From Akkermansiaceae bacterium (GTDB lineage: Bacteria; Verrucomicrobiota; Verrucomicrobiia; Verrucomicrobiales; Akkermansiaceae): a stretch of DNA of 64,000 nt. Positions 19,925 to 30,184 of this stretch are shown in pieces. A model generated the notes under the pieces. It was not told the origin of the DNA. It saw only the letters and a list, made by a program, of their open reading frames with translations, and made no database searches. Position 1 is the first letter of the stretch, and every line of letters begins with the position of its first letter. Location of the stretch: NCBI GenBank assembly GCA_051251915.1, contig JBPOGF010000017.1, forward strand, positions 39,863 to 103,862, read 5' to 3'. The position numbers and the translations under genes were made by a program.

Positions 19925-21709
19925 ATGCGCGCCGCTATACTCATTGTTAATCTCATCATCGCTTACGTTCTTCTGAGTGGGTGGCCTGAGAGCGCGCCTG
20001 TATGGTTACGTGCAGGCTTGGCGTTGGTAGTGGTGATGGTGGCGGTGCCGATGAGTGATGCTTCTAGCAAGAGTAAAAACCGTCCAAAGCTCCGCAGTTT
20101 GCGAGCGCCGAAGTGGTTGGACTACCTATACATAGGTGCGGTGATTTTCTGTATTGAGCTGTTATTGTTAGCTGTGTTCACGCTTGGACCCGAGACGACA
20201 GAGGATCTCCATGGGGATGTGAAATATTGGTTAATTAACCAAGAGAAGCCAAGTGAGGCGACACTAGAAGCACCTGGTAAATTAAGCCATGATGGTGCAG
20301 GAAACTGGTTGTGGGATAATCATTTCAAGCGTTCTCATCCTAAGCAAGCTAGTAAGCGACCGCCTAATAAGCCAGAGATATTCTTGGAGGTGCCTAGCGA
20401 ATATAGCCAGAAATCACTAAGCAAGCATAGTATTTACCTACGAACTTTTGCACTGGATCATTTCGATGGCGATACCTGGTCGATCCATCAGCCAACCAAA
20501 CATATCATTGAAAAGCCAGAGGACTCTAATATCAAGATTTCTCCTGTGAATGGGACTTGGAGGAGTTTATTGCCACTTTATAGGCATACTATCACGCAAC
20601 CTTATTACAGCAATGGGCAGAACCTGCTCACTACAATTCAAAATACGATTGATACCAATGTAGAGACACTCACTAAGGTGAGCACGGATACCTATATTTT
20701 ACCACGTCCGGAGAAAGATACTTTAAATTACAGCTACACGGCGACTTCACAGCCAATGCTGTTAGATAAGATTCTAGAGCTTGATAAAAACATTGCGGTT
20801 GGTGAGACACATAGTGTTTATCTTAGCCGTGTGAGTAACCATAGCCTCCAGCGAAAGCTCACTGAGTTCGTGGGGGCGATCGACAAAAACTTACCTCTGG
20901 CTCAGCAGCTTTCCGTTCTTAAGAAGCTTATTAACGACCAGTGCAGCTACTCGTTGACTATTGAAAATGAAAACGGGATCAATGCATTGGAAAATTTTCT
21001 TTTCGTGGAGAAATCTGGCTATTGTGAGTTCTACGCTTCAGCGGCTGCGATGCTTTGTAGGGAGTTAGGTATCCCTAGTCGGATTGCGTTTGGGTGGTCT
21101 GGAGGTAAGTTTTTCCAAGAATCTAACTTGTTTGTTTTCCGCTCCAAGGATGCTCATGCGTGGACAGAAATTTATCTGGAAGGCTATGGATGGGTGATCT
21201 ACGACACGACGCCGCCTACTGAGAATGCCATCACTGAATCAGGGCAAGATGAAACGCCGCCAGATCTAACAGGCATTAGCGAAGAATCAGAGGGTGATCT
21301 GTTAGATGAAGAGACTGATGACATGATGATCACTTGGTTGAAAGTCCTCATTACGATCGCGAGTCTCATTTTCCTAGTTATTACTCTGTTGCTCATTCGT
21401 AGGTTTACCCAGCCCAAGCAACGCTACAGCAGTGCCGCCTACGTCAAGCACGAGCCAAAATACCTGCAACTTTTCCAGAAGCTCTCTGCTAAGTTAGGCT
21501 ATTCCGTTAAGCCCGGTCGAACCCTTATGCAAAGTGTTCAGCATCTTCAGGATCAAGAAATTGATGTTTCAGGATTAAAAGAGTTGTTAGACGAGATACT
21601 CACTTACCATTACGATACCACCTACAGAAATACCCCGATAGATAAGTCGACTGAAAGTAGGATCACCAGTGAGCTAAGGAAAGTAATGAAGAAGGTTGAG
21701 CGCTCATAG
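19925..21709 (+). CDS. Membrane transglutaminase-like domain protein
   Basis: GYCEFYASA, HAWTEIYLEGYGWVIYDTTP (Cys-His-Asp triad). Confidence 0.9.
   Translation: MRAAILIVNLIIAYVLLSGWPESAPVWLRAGLALVVVMVAVPMSDASSKSKNRPKLRSLRAPKWLDYLYIGAVIFCIELLLLAVFTLGPETTEDLHGDVKYWLINQEKPSEATLEAPGKLSHDGAGNWLWDNHFKRSHPKQASKRPPNKPEIFLEVPSEYSQKSLSKHSIYLRTFALDHFDGDTWSIHQPTKHIIEKPEDSNIKISPVNGTWRSLLPLYRHTITQPYYSNGQNLLTTIQNTIDTNVETLTKVSTDTYILPRPEKDTLNYSYTATSQPMLLDKILELDKNIAVGETHSVYLSRVSNHSLQRKLTEFVGAIDKNLPLAQQLSVLKKLINDQCSYSLTIENENGINALENFLFVEKSGYCEFYASAAAMLCRELGIPSRIAFGWSGGKFFQESNLFVFRSKDAHAWTEIYLEGYGWVIYDTTPPTENAITESGQDETPPDLTGISEESEGDLLDEETDDMMITWLKVLITIASLIFLVITLLLIRRFTQPKQRYSSAAYVKHEPKYLQLFQKLSAKLGYSVKPGRTLMQSVQHLQDQEIDVSGLKELLDEILTYHYDTTYRNTPIDKSTESRITSELRKVMKKVERS
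20885..20897 (+). repeat. Dispersed 13-mer AAAAACTTACCTC (copy in CDS)
   Basis: Exact match; encodes KNLP. Confidence 0.8.
21102..21114 (-). repeat. Dispersed 13-mer AAAAACTTACCTC (copy in CDS, reverse)
   Basis: GAGGTAAGTTTTT on plus strand; encodes GGKFF. Confidence 0.8.
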
Positions 21710-21764
21710 TGGGGCTCATTGAGCTAGACAGTGAATCTGGATTTAGGTAGATATTTAATAATCG

Positions 21765-23108
21765 ATGCCAGAGATTAGTTTAAATTATCAATCTGCTTCA
21801 GCGCTTGTGTCAGTGAGCAATGAGTCCGAGAAAAAGAAAAAACGCCTTGAGCTTAGTCCCTCGTGTTCAGTTGAGAATAGTGCGTTTTTTCAGGGGCAGT
21901 TTAGGCATCCATTTGTATCGGCTCGGGTGCTTTCTTGTCTGAGTAGGATTATAACCAAGCGTTGGTATGATCCGGCGGAAGCGGGGATATTCCTTGATCC
22001 TATTATTACTAGTGGAAATCGGATGCTGAGGTTTGAGGGGTTTTCTGGATGTCGTTCGGTGTATGCACGGGTGGATTTTCTGCCTGATTCTTTGGACGTC
22101 GTTCACGAGCAAGCTGGTACTACAAATGTGGATTTCAACGAGCCAATGCAGCAGGCTCTAGCTTCTGTATCTCAAGATGAACAGCTGAGTTTACAGATGG
22201 AGCAGGAGGGGATATCTGTGATTAAGTCGAGTGAGGTAATGGTCGAGAAAAAGGTGAAGTTGCCACTTTCTTGGATCAAGGGGTTGGCTTCTATTCCTCA
22301 TCTAAGTTCTAGGGTAGAGCATCAGTTTGAACTCAATAAAGCGTCAGCTCTGAGGTTCTTTCACACGTTGCCGGTCAAAGCCAATGTTCGTGATGCATAC
22401 TGGATTACCCCGCATCCAGTGAGGTCAAAAGTTAGCCGAGTGAAGAGCTCTGGAGCGATCAAGGTTACTTGTACACAACGTTTGGCAGAGCTCGGAAGTA
22501 TTGCGCATTTGGCTGATAAATTTACGGTTGCGTGGTCTGAGGATCAGCAGATCAGTATGTGGACATTACATTTTAAAGATATCAGGATTTCAGTGGCGAT
22601 TTCCCCAGAGGTGTGGCGTGGGTTTTCTGGTGAGGGTGCTAGCTTGACTGATCTTTCGGAGTTTGATGAGGGGCTTGATGTGGATGAAATTTTGGGAAGT
22701 ATAGGTGAGCCAGCTGGTGTGGAAGATATCGCGATGGCTACGGGACTGAGTGTCTCGGATACTTGTTCTGGCCTTTGTTATTTATCGGCTCAGGGATTAC
22801 TTGGTTTTGACCATGTTGATCAGGTTTGGTTTCAGAGGTTATTGCCAAAAAACGAGCTACTTCTTTCTAAAACGAATCCGAGACTCGTCACGGCGAAGAA
22901 ATTTTTAGAGAAGGGGGCTGTGGAAATTCTTGAAAACGGTGAGCGAGTCGTGGGGGTAGTGAACTCTAATACTAAGAATTCGTATGATGTCGTGCTCAAG
23001 GAAGATGATGATCTGCATCAATGCACTTGTTACTGGAATAGCCATTACGGAAATAGCCGTGGCCCGTGTTCTCATATACTAGCTGTAAAACTTACCCTAT
23101 TACAATGA
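21765..23108 (+). CDS. SWIM zinc finger protein
   Basis: DPIIT, LRFEGFSGC, GTTNVDFN, VWRGFSGEG; C-terminal CTCYW...GPCSH. Confidence 0.85.
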   Translation: MPEISLNYQSASALVSVSNESEKKKKRLELSPSCSVENSAFFQGQFRHPFVSARVLSCLSRIITKRWYDPAEAGIFLDPIITSGNRMLRFEGFSGCRSVYARVDFLPDSLDVVHEQAGTTNVDFNEPMQQALASVSQDEQLSLQMEQEGISVIKSSEVMVEKKVKLPLSWIKGLASIPHLSSRVEHQFELNKASALRFFHTLPVKANVRDAYWITPHPVRSKVSRVKSSGAIKVTCTQRLAELGSIAHLADKFTVAWSEDQQISMWTLHFKDIRISVAISPEVWRGFSGEGASLTDLSEFDEGLDVDEILGSIGEPAGVEDIAMATGLSVSDTCSGLCYLSAQGLLGFDHVDQVWFQRLLPKNELLLSKTNPRLVTAKKFLEKGAVEILENGERVVGVVNSNTKNSYDVVLKEDDDLHQCTCYWNSHYGNSRGPCSHILAVKLTLLQ

Positions 23109-26100
23109 TTGACCTATTATTTAACTGTGAAACCGATGAGGATGCGATCTCTTTGATACTAGCTACTGACAAAGCAGAGTTGCTTAAACTAGAGGTAATC
23201 CTGCTGGAGAAGCTGGAGGAGCATAGTTATGAGAATAGAAGAGAGCTAGATATAGAGGATAAGGTATTTGGCGCGAGACGGCGTGCTCTTGGAAAGGCGC
23301 TTTTATTGCTAGATGCGTATAAGGGATCTGAGGCAACTGAGTTTGCGGATTTCATTAGCACTACTTCTAAGGAGTTCGCAAATGCACTTTGTGATGTTAA
23401 TCCGTCGTGGCTGTTACCTGAATTACAAGAAGTTGTTAGGGGGTATGATAAAATGGCAGTTGAGGTTAATAGTTCTAAATACGGCGGATCTTTTGGTCTG
23501 GGTATGTATTCTTTTACTAATAGCTTTGTGGTTCATGCTATGCGATGTTTCAGGGGGATTTACCCTTATGTTAAGAATGGTTTTCTGAAGCGTCCGGTTG
23601 ATTCAATATGCTACCATAGTGAGTTGAGGGATCTTAATATCGGTGAAGATGGGAATTGGTTGGATAGAGCATCGGTTAGGGAAGTGCTTTTAGCTGATCC
23701 TGAGTTGGTAACGATTGATTACATACGATTAGTGGAGCTGGCGGCAAAGGAGCAGGGAGGGACTCTTGATACAGGATTAATGCGTTCTATCCATGACTTG
23801 GTAAAGGAGGAGGAAGGTCATTTCAAACGAGAGTTGCTGTGGAGTGCTTATGCGAGGGCGATGTCTGAGACGCTAGATCACGATTATTTATTACGACTTG
23901 CGTATGCGAGCATAGATTTACGAAAGGAAGGTGAGAGTGGGTTTGATAAGTCACCCATATTAGGAGCCTGTTTGAATGCTATTCCTAGGGCTAAAAATGA
24001 GCAGGTTGTAAGGGAGTTTATTGAGAAGATCGACAGCTTAGAGTTAGTGCCTGAAGACTATTTAGATCATTTTGAAAGCTGCGGTAGTGTCATAGCTTCG
24101 CCATTTGTATCTTCGGGAAAGTATGTAATCAGAGTGCTGGCTAAGCTGCTCACTCATCAGAAATTTAAGCTAGAAATACTGTTGAATGAGTTGCCGGTAA
24201 GTTTGATGAGTAAATCCAATCCGTATGTGATTGATCAAGTGAAGGTGTTGGCTCAGGTTAATAAGAAATTTCCTAAGCTTGATTTCGATTATTTGACAGC
24301 AATCACCCCGCTATTTCTAAACACGAATGCTAAGGTTCAGGATGTTACTGCTAAGCTCATTAATGCGTTGCCTGTGCGTTACGAAGCTTTAATTCCTGAG
24401 AGTCTGGCTCCCTATAAAAGCTCGATGACTGGAGCTACTAGAAAAATGTTAGAGAAGTGGTTGGATCTAGAATTGGAGATGAAGGAAGTATCATCTAGGC
24501 CAGTGGGTGAGATGGAAATACAGCTAGGGGAAACTGTCCAAACTTGTGAGTCTGTGGAGGACGTTCTATTTGCGGCTGCGGCTGTATTTAAAAAAGGGAG
24601 CTCGGCTCAGCACTTTGAGCTATTTTTGGATGGTGTATTTCGTTTTATGGCTAGCGATAAGGAGAGATTGCTGGCGGGGCTTAAAAAGCAGCAGAAGAAC
24701 GCGGAGAAGCTTTATGCTGGTTACGGGAATTTTGGTGCTTTGCCTTGGGTGGGGCGCATTATAGGTGAGGTTGTTTTAAGGTTGATAGGAGCTGAACTAG
24801 ATAAGGGCCGCGAGTCCTATGCTGAGAACTACGATGTGCAGGATACATTTTTGGCTACGGTCGCTGCCAGAGTGACTGAAGTCTTAGAGCTGGTTCGTTC
24901 TGAGACATTTGACCATTCGTTGCCGTTACTGGCTGCGCCTGAGACGAGTTTAGGTTTTATAGAGCCCAGCACACTAGTGAGCAGGCTGGAGCAATGGAGA
25001 GCAGCGGGAGTAGAGGTGATGCGGCATGATTTCTTGTTGGCTATTTCTAGGTGTCATTTCCGCACGAAGTCGAGTATTGTCAAGGTGGACCAATCCACTG
25101 AGACTGGCCGAGTGCTCCATTTTCTTCTGACTGGTGAGCGTAATGGAGCTGTGGAGACTGAGGGCTGGTGGTTGTGTGCGGCGAGAACGCGTGAACCTTA
25201 TGGAGATTTCTCCGGTGATGAGTATTTGAAAAATATACCAACCGAGTTTCATGTTTGGTTGAAGCCATTGGAGAATATTCATCTCAATGCTAGTCATGAG
25301 AGCTTTGATCCGTTTCTTAGGTATAAGGATCAGCGGAGACGTGAGGCGGTGCCTACGGAATGGATCTACCCACGGATGGCGTGGGCTTTTGGCAATTCTT
25401 ATGATTTATGTGGGGCTGATGTAGAGTTGTACTATTCGTTGACTCCGAGCCAGCAATTACAGGCTTTGGCTAGGAGTTGTTATTGGTTAGAAGATAATAA
25501 AAATTGCTCTAGTTTTAGTCGAAATGCAGCGGTGTTCTTTAAGGAAATTATTCATCGTGAACTGCCTATGAGCTATCCTAAGGCTACGTTGATGATCCTG
25601 GCATTGGGTAAAAAGAAGTCGCATTCTCATGCGTTAGATTTGTGGGTGCAGGCAGAAGAGCTTAATCAAGTTCAGCCAAACATAAGTTTGTTAGGCGATG
25701 TTTTAGGAGAAGCGGTCATTAATAATCCACATGTAACGGGAATCTGGGAGGATCATTCTGACTTTGATTTTACGGATCTTATAGCAGGGTTCGAGACTTT
25801 AGAAGGGGATGAGGATGTATCCGAGAAGCTTCGTTTCTTGACTGAACGGAAAGCTGATGGAACGGATGAACCGGAAAAAGAAAAACCGTATCACTCGACA
25901 TTTGATCACTGTCAAATCATTGTGGCCCTCCCGTGTATACGTGAGCTGGTGGCTATGGGGGCTCCGTTTGACCGGAATGTTCGTGATATTCTTAGTCAGG
26001 CGTTTAAGCAGCAATTAGTCTATCCTACGAAAGGTTTAGCCAAACTGTTAGAACTCTATAGAGATCTGCTGATTACTTATCCATTAGAAACTAGCCTGGA

Positions 26101-26173
26101 TCTGAATGAGTATTGGGATCTTGAGCTCAAAGGTCAGCTAAAAACCATCGCCAATAAGATAGCAAAAATGTAG
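23105..26173 (+). CDS. Large helical-repeat protein (DUF6493-like), partner of the SWIM protein
   Basis: ATGA overlap with upstream gene; LLAAPET.LGFIEPSTLVSRL...DFLLAISR segment typical of this family (recalled, not searched). Confidence 0.6.
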   Translation: MIDLLFNCETDEDAISLILATDKAELLKLEVILLEKLEEHSYENRRELDIEDKVFGARRRALGKALLLLDAYKGSEATEFADFISTTSKEFANALCDVNPSWLLPELQEVVRGYDKMAVEVNSSKYGGSFGLGMYSFTNSFVVHAMRCFRGIYPYVKNGFLKRPVDSICYHSELRDLNIGEDGNWLDRASVREVLLADPELVTIDYIRLVELAAKEQGGTLDTGLMRSIHDLVKEEEGHFKRELLWSAYARAMSETLDHDYLLRLAYASIDLRKEGESGFDKSPILGACLNAIPRAKNEQVVREFIEKIDSLELVPEDYLDHFESCGSVIASPFVSSGKYVIRVLAKLLTHQKFKLEILLNELPVSLMSKSNPYVIDQVKVLAQVNKKFPKLDFDYLTAITPLFLNTNAKVQDVTAKLINALPVRYEALIPESLAPYKSSMTGATRKMLEKWLDLELEMKEVSSRPVGEMEIQLGETVQTCESVEDVLFAAAAVFKKGSSAQHFELFLDGVFRFMASDKERLLAGLKKQQKNAEKLYAGYGNFGALPWVGRIIGEVVLRLIGAELDKGRESYAENYDVQDTFLATVAARVTEVLELVRSETFDHSLPLLAAPETSLGFIEPSTLVSRLEQWRAAGVEVMRHDFLLAISRCHFRTKSSIVKVDQSTETGRVLHFLLTGERNGAVETEGWWLCAARTREPYGDFSGDEYLKNIPTEFHVWLKPLENIHLNASHESFDPFLRYKDQRRREAVPTEWIYPRMAWAFGNSYDLCGADVELYYSLTPSQQLQALARSCYWLEDNKNCSSFSRNAAVFFKEIIHRELPMSYPKATLMILALGKKKSHSHALDLWVQAEELNQVQPNISLLGDVLGEAVINNPHVTGIWEDHSDFDFTDLIAGFETLEGDEDVSEKLRFLTERKADGTDEPEKEKPYHSTFDHCQIIVALPCIRELVAMGAPFDRNVRDILSQAFKQQLVYPTKGLAKLLELYRDLLITYPLETSLDLNEYWDLELKGQLKTIANKIAKM

Positions 26174-26340
26174 AGTGGTTTTTATGCTGCTCAACAACTG
26201 GACGATATAGACAGAGCAATGATGATGTATCTGGGTTTCGAGAGAGGGAGATAGAGAAGGTGGTGATGGAGGACAGGAAGCGGCTATCGATAAGAACGAG
26301 AGGACTCTGGATTGTTGGAGTCTGTGGGGTCTTAGCTTAG
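26173..26340 (+). pseudogene. Possible relic of ECF sigma factor region 4 plus a downstream membrane-protein fragment
   Basis: Reads (EW/F)YAAQQLDDIDRAMMMYLG, then in another frame EIEKVVMEDRKRLSIRTRGLWIVGVCGVLA; no intact start. Confidence 0.3.
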
Positions 26341-26502
26341 AATGTCAACTTGACCGAGTTTGAGATGGCTGATAAAGAATGTGATGTGAAATCAGCTATA
26401 GGTAATTGTATTTCATGTAGCAATGGGAGATGGGGAGTCGAAGGGCTTTGACTTGTTGTTATTCTAGCTGAGCTGCTAACCCTACATAACAGATTATATT
26501 AC

Positions 26503-29500
26503 ATGAATTTTTTGACCTCTTTATTAGCCTCGCTGTTTGTATTGTTCTCAATGGTGCTGAGTAGTGCTCATGCTCCAGGTGATCTGATGATAGTGGGATA
26601 TAGGTCTAATTCATCACCAACGGATTCGATTAGTTTTGTGACATGGGTGGAGCTGGCGGCTGGAGAGTCTATTATCCTTATTGATTCTGATTATACCAAT
26701 GGGGGTGATGGGACTGGCCAGACTACGTCAGGAGGAACATGGTCTGATCCGCGCACGATCACCTGGACTAATGGAGCAAGCTCTGTGGCTCCAGGCACCG
26801 TGATCGTAATTCCAGATGTACAAGCATCTACTCCGGTAGCAAATATTGGAACCTGCGCGAGGTCAGGAAACTTTGCTCTCACTAACGCGGGCGAGCAGAT
26901 TTTCATTGGGCAAGGTAGCTTTGACTCCAGCAACCATTTTATCGGGCAACTTATTTTCGGGTTAGACTACGAAGGCAATGGCGGATGGGGGGACTCTGGT
27001 GAATCCGATCTTCCTAGTGTGCTCAATGTGGCTCTTGGCAACATTAACATGGGTGAAAAAGATGATTATCAAGTCAAAGAGACAGCTAGATCTGGAAAGC
27101 CATTAGCTGAGTATAAGGCAGATGTTCTGAATGTGAGTAACTGGGAAGTTGCTGTAGATGGGGTATCGCTTTCGTCCACTGCATTTGTGGCCGGTGTCAC
27201 AATGGAGCGACTAGGGGGAGTCAGTAGTGGTCTGCTTTTTCACGTTCGACGGATGAATTATAATTCAGCCACTTCCAAGTTTGATCCGATTCTGGATGGT
27301 GCATGGAGTCTAGCGCAAGGTGTTGGAGCTGGTGATGCTGATAATTTAAATGGTCCTTCATGTGTTAGGATTCCAACTTGGGCTACGAATAAGCCGGATC
27401 CAACAGCAAATTACTATCTGTATTTTGCTGATCACTCTGGAGACTATATCCGGATGGCGTGGTCTGCTAATCTGGAGGGGCCTTGGACCGGCTTCCGGAT
27501 GAGCGAGGCTACCTATCCTTCTTTAGGTGATCGAGGTGTTTTGAGTGTTGGGGGTGATGGGCTTATTGATGCTGATGAGGGAATCATCATTGATGGTCAT
27601 ATTGCATCGCCGCAGGTAATAGTGGATGATGTGAACCAGCGTTTCATCATGTATTATCATGGTCAGGTATCTTTTGGAACGCAGGGGAACAGTAGGCAGC
27701 AGAGAACTGTGGTGGCGACATCCTCGGACGGATTGAATTTCAATATGCCTGCTTCTGGGAATTATAGCAGTGATAGCCGTGCTGGGCAGAGCGGGCATGG
27801 GACTCTGCCTGTGGCTTATGGTGAGAGTTATTTCAGAGTCTTCGAGCAAGCAGGTAGACGATATTCACTGTCTAACACTGGGGATATCTACGCAGCGCCA
27901 GCTACAGGTGATCCTTTAGTTCCTGACGCTAGTTACAATCATTCAAGTGCCTATTGGGATAAGGGGCCTAAACCTTTCTTGGATGAGACGGGGAGTCGTG
28001 GTTGGATTGATTGGGGTGATGGTTTTGGCGCATTGAGGCCGCGTCACTTTGGCGTTCTGAAGCGCGATGATATTCTTTATGCGTTCTTTACAAATAAAGC
28101 GGCTACTCCGGAGCGCATTAAAGTGTCTACCTTTGACTTTGCGAATCTGGCTTCTGATTACAATGGGTGGAAAGGAACGTTTCCTAATCAGGAGCTCATC
28201 CGGCCTGATGAGGACTGGGAAGGGGTGAATCTACCATTAGATATTTCGGAAGCTGGTAGTTCCGATGATGCTACTCATCAGCTCCGAGATCCGGGGATTC
28301 TGGAAGATAGCGATGGGAGGACTTATATGTTTTATTCGGGTAGTGGTGAGAAGGCTATTGGTGTTTCACAGATTGTGAGTCTGCCTCAAGTGGGCGGGGA
28401 TACACTGGTCACGACTGGACAAGATCACACATATACCCTGGCTACCGATATAGATGTAGCTGCAGAGATGCTTAAGATTTCTCATAGCTTACCTGAGGAT
28501 GTGTTTTTTGATGCGGAGGGGGGTGCTTTGGCCTATGCTGGAAATAGCTATGATCCTGTGCAGTCATCAACTGTGGGGCAGGGTAGTAGCTCTTACCAAC
28601 TGGCTCACAGTGGTGCAAACGAAAGTGTTACTCTCACTTTGCCTGAGGTTTATTATGCCAAGCCAGGAGCTACATTGGGATTCTCGAGTCGTATGAGAAC
28701 TTCGACTACTGGTCAGTTTGCGGAGGTTCAGATGTCATTTGATGGCTTAGTTTGGCAGACCCTCTGGATTCAGGCTGGTGGTAGCTCGGAGGGGGCATTT
28801 AGCACGAAGTCGGTCGATATTTCAGGTTTAGAGGGGCGCACATTTCAACTTCGTTTCCGTTATAAACATGAGGGTCTTCGCAATAGCAGTATTTCCACTG
28901 GGAATGGATCGGGACGAGGTTGGTTTATAGATGAGATAGCTGCCACTGGGTTAGAGGTAGTGACTGTGGTTTCGGAGAGTTCATTTACTGCCGCAAGCTT
29001 CACGTTAAATGATATTGTAGGCGATATTGAGTCAGTTAATGTTGTTGGTGATGATGTGGATGATCGTTTTTTACTTTCTGTTTCGGGTCTGCATTATGGT
29101 GAGGATATTGGGTATGGGAAACCGTATGTGATACGAGTTCGGGCTAGCTATGAGCAATTTTTGTACGATTATTTCACTGAAGCAGAAAGAGCTGATATTG
29201 CTATTTCTGGCAATGATGCTGATCCAGACAAAGATGGAGTCAGTAATTTTTTAGAGCATGCTTTTGGGACTGATCCTAATGTGAGTGGTGTGAATCCCAT
29301 CACGTTTACAGGCAGTGGAGCTCAGTCTACTATTACATTTCCATGGAATCCGGATGCAAGCCAAAGCTATATCTTGCAGATGGGCGATCTAGTGACGAAT
29401 TTTGTAGATATTGCTTTCACTGAGTCTACGGAGACTGTGAATGGTGTGCTGATGGTGAGTCTTACGCCTGATTCCTCAGTTGCGGTACCGGGTGATAAGG

Positions 29501-29526
29501 CGTTTTTCCGGATTAGGGTGGAATAG
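26503..29526 (+). CDS. Large secreted multidomain protein with a glycosidase-like beta-propeller and a verrucomicrobial C-terminal domain
   Basis: Signal peptide; YYLYFADHSGDYIRMAW, HIASPQV, LRDPGILED; beta-sandwich FQLRFRY...GWFIDEI; tail DPDKDGVSNFLEHAFGTDP...FFRIRVE. Confidence 0.75.
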   Translation: MNFLTSLLASLFVLFSMVLSSAHAPGDLMIVGYRSNSSPTDSISFVTWVELAAGESIILIDSDYTNGGDGTGQTTSGGTWSDPRTITWTNGASSVAPGTVIVIPDVQASTPVANIGTCARSGNFALTNAGEQIFIGQGSFDSSNHFIGQLIFGLDYEGNGGWGDSGESDLPSVLNVALGNINMGEKDDYQVKETARSGKPLAEYKADVLNVSNWEVAVDGVSLSSTAFVAGVTMERLGGVSSGLLFHVRRMNYNSATSKFDPILDGAWSLAQGVGAGDADNLNGPSCVRIPTWATNKPDPTANYYLYFADHSGDYIRMAWSANLEGPWTGFRMSEATYPSLGDRGVLSVGGDGLIDADEGIIIDGHIASPQVIVDDVNQRFIMYYHGQVSFGTQGNSRQQRTVVATSSDGLNFNMPASGNYSSDSRAGQSGHGTLPVAYGESYFRVFEQAGRRYSLSNTGDIYAAPATGDPLVPDASYNHSSAYWDKGPKPFLDETGSRGWIDWGDGFGALRPRHFGVLKRDDILYAFFTNKAATPERIKVSTFDFANLASDYNGWKGTFPNQELIRPDEDWEGVNLPLDISEAGSSDDATHQLRDPGILEDSDGRTYMFYSGSGEKAIGVSQIVSLPQVGGDTLVTTGQDHTYTLATDIDVAAEMLKISHSLPEDVFFDAEGGALAYAGNSYDPVQSSTVGQGSSSYQLAHSGANESVTLTLPEVYYAKPGATLGFSSRMRTSTTGQFAEVQMSFDGLVWQTLWIQAGGSSEGAFSTKSVDISGLEGRTFQLRFRYKHEGLRNSSISTGNGSGRGWFIDEIAATGLEVVTVVSESSFTAASFTLNDIVGDIESVNVVGDDVDDRFLLSVSGLHYGEDIGYGKPYVIRVRASYEQFLYDYFTEAERADIAISGNDADPDKDGVSNFLEHAFGTDPNVSGVNPITFTGSGAQSTITFPWNPDASQSYILQMGDLVTNFVDIAFTESTETVNGVLMVSLTPDSSVAVPGDKAFFRIRVE

Positions 29527-29535
29527 GGGAGAATT

Positions 29536-29769
29536 CTATTTTTCTGGTTTTAGGACGGAGGCTTTTACGAAGTGGAGGATTTTTCTGCTGTTATCTGTCT
29601 TGCCGTCTAGTTCTGGTGAGTATGTGCTGACGAGTGTGATTGATTGATTGTTTAGGAGCATGGCTTTGCCGAGTTTGACTTGGTCGAGGAGTGTGTTTCT
29701 TAGTGATGTGTGGTTGTAGCTGCTAGATGATTTTTTGAAATTTATGGATATGCATTGTATTATGTAAGG
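29536..29769 (-). pseudogene. Probable 3' remnant of a hypothetical gene
   Basis: About 77 open codons ending DGKTDNSRKILHFVKASVLKPEK*, with codon usage like local minus-strand genes; upstream in-frame TGA and no proper start. Confidence 0.35.
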
Positions 29770-29839
29770 TCAGATTACGAGCTGGTTACAGAAAATTGTG
29801 GTCAGGGTTGTTTAGACTTGGTAATGGTAGTTGGTAACG

Positions 29840-30178
29840 ATGACTATCTTTGAAAAAATTATTGCTCGCGAGATTCCTGCTACGATCGTCCATGAGGATG
29901 ACCTTTGTATTTGCTTTCATGATATTTCACCACAGGCGCCGACTCATTTATTGATGGTTCCTAAGAAATGCATTGTCCGGGTGGGCGAGGCAGATGCTGA
30001 GGATAAGGAGACGCTTGGGCATCTATTGTTGATGGCTCAGAAAGTGGCTAAGCAGGAGGGGTTCCTTGAGAATGGGTTCCGTGTGGTTATTAATAACGGC
30101 GATGATGGAGGAGAAGAGGTTCCGCATCTCCATCTGCATATTCTGGCCGGCAGAAAAATGGCTTGGCCTCCAGGTTAG
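29840..30178 (+). CDS. HIT family nucleotide hydrolase (HinT-like)
   Basis: TIFEKIIAREIPA, DISPQAPTH, HLHLHILAGR, WPPG. Confidence 0.95.
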   Translation: MTIFEKIIAREIPATIVHEDDLCICFHDISPQAPTHLLMVPKKCIVRVGEADAEDKETLGHLLLMAQKVAKQEGFLENGFRVVINNGDDGGEEVPHLHLHILAGRKMAWPPG

Positions 30179-30184
30179 TGACTA

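Noticed and set aside
17840..21709. MoxR-DUF58-transglutaminase triad as a novel system
   Set aside because: This is a well-known, widespread gene arrangement.
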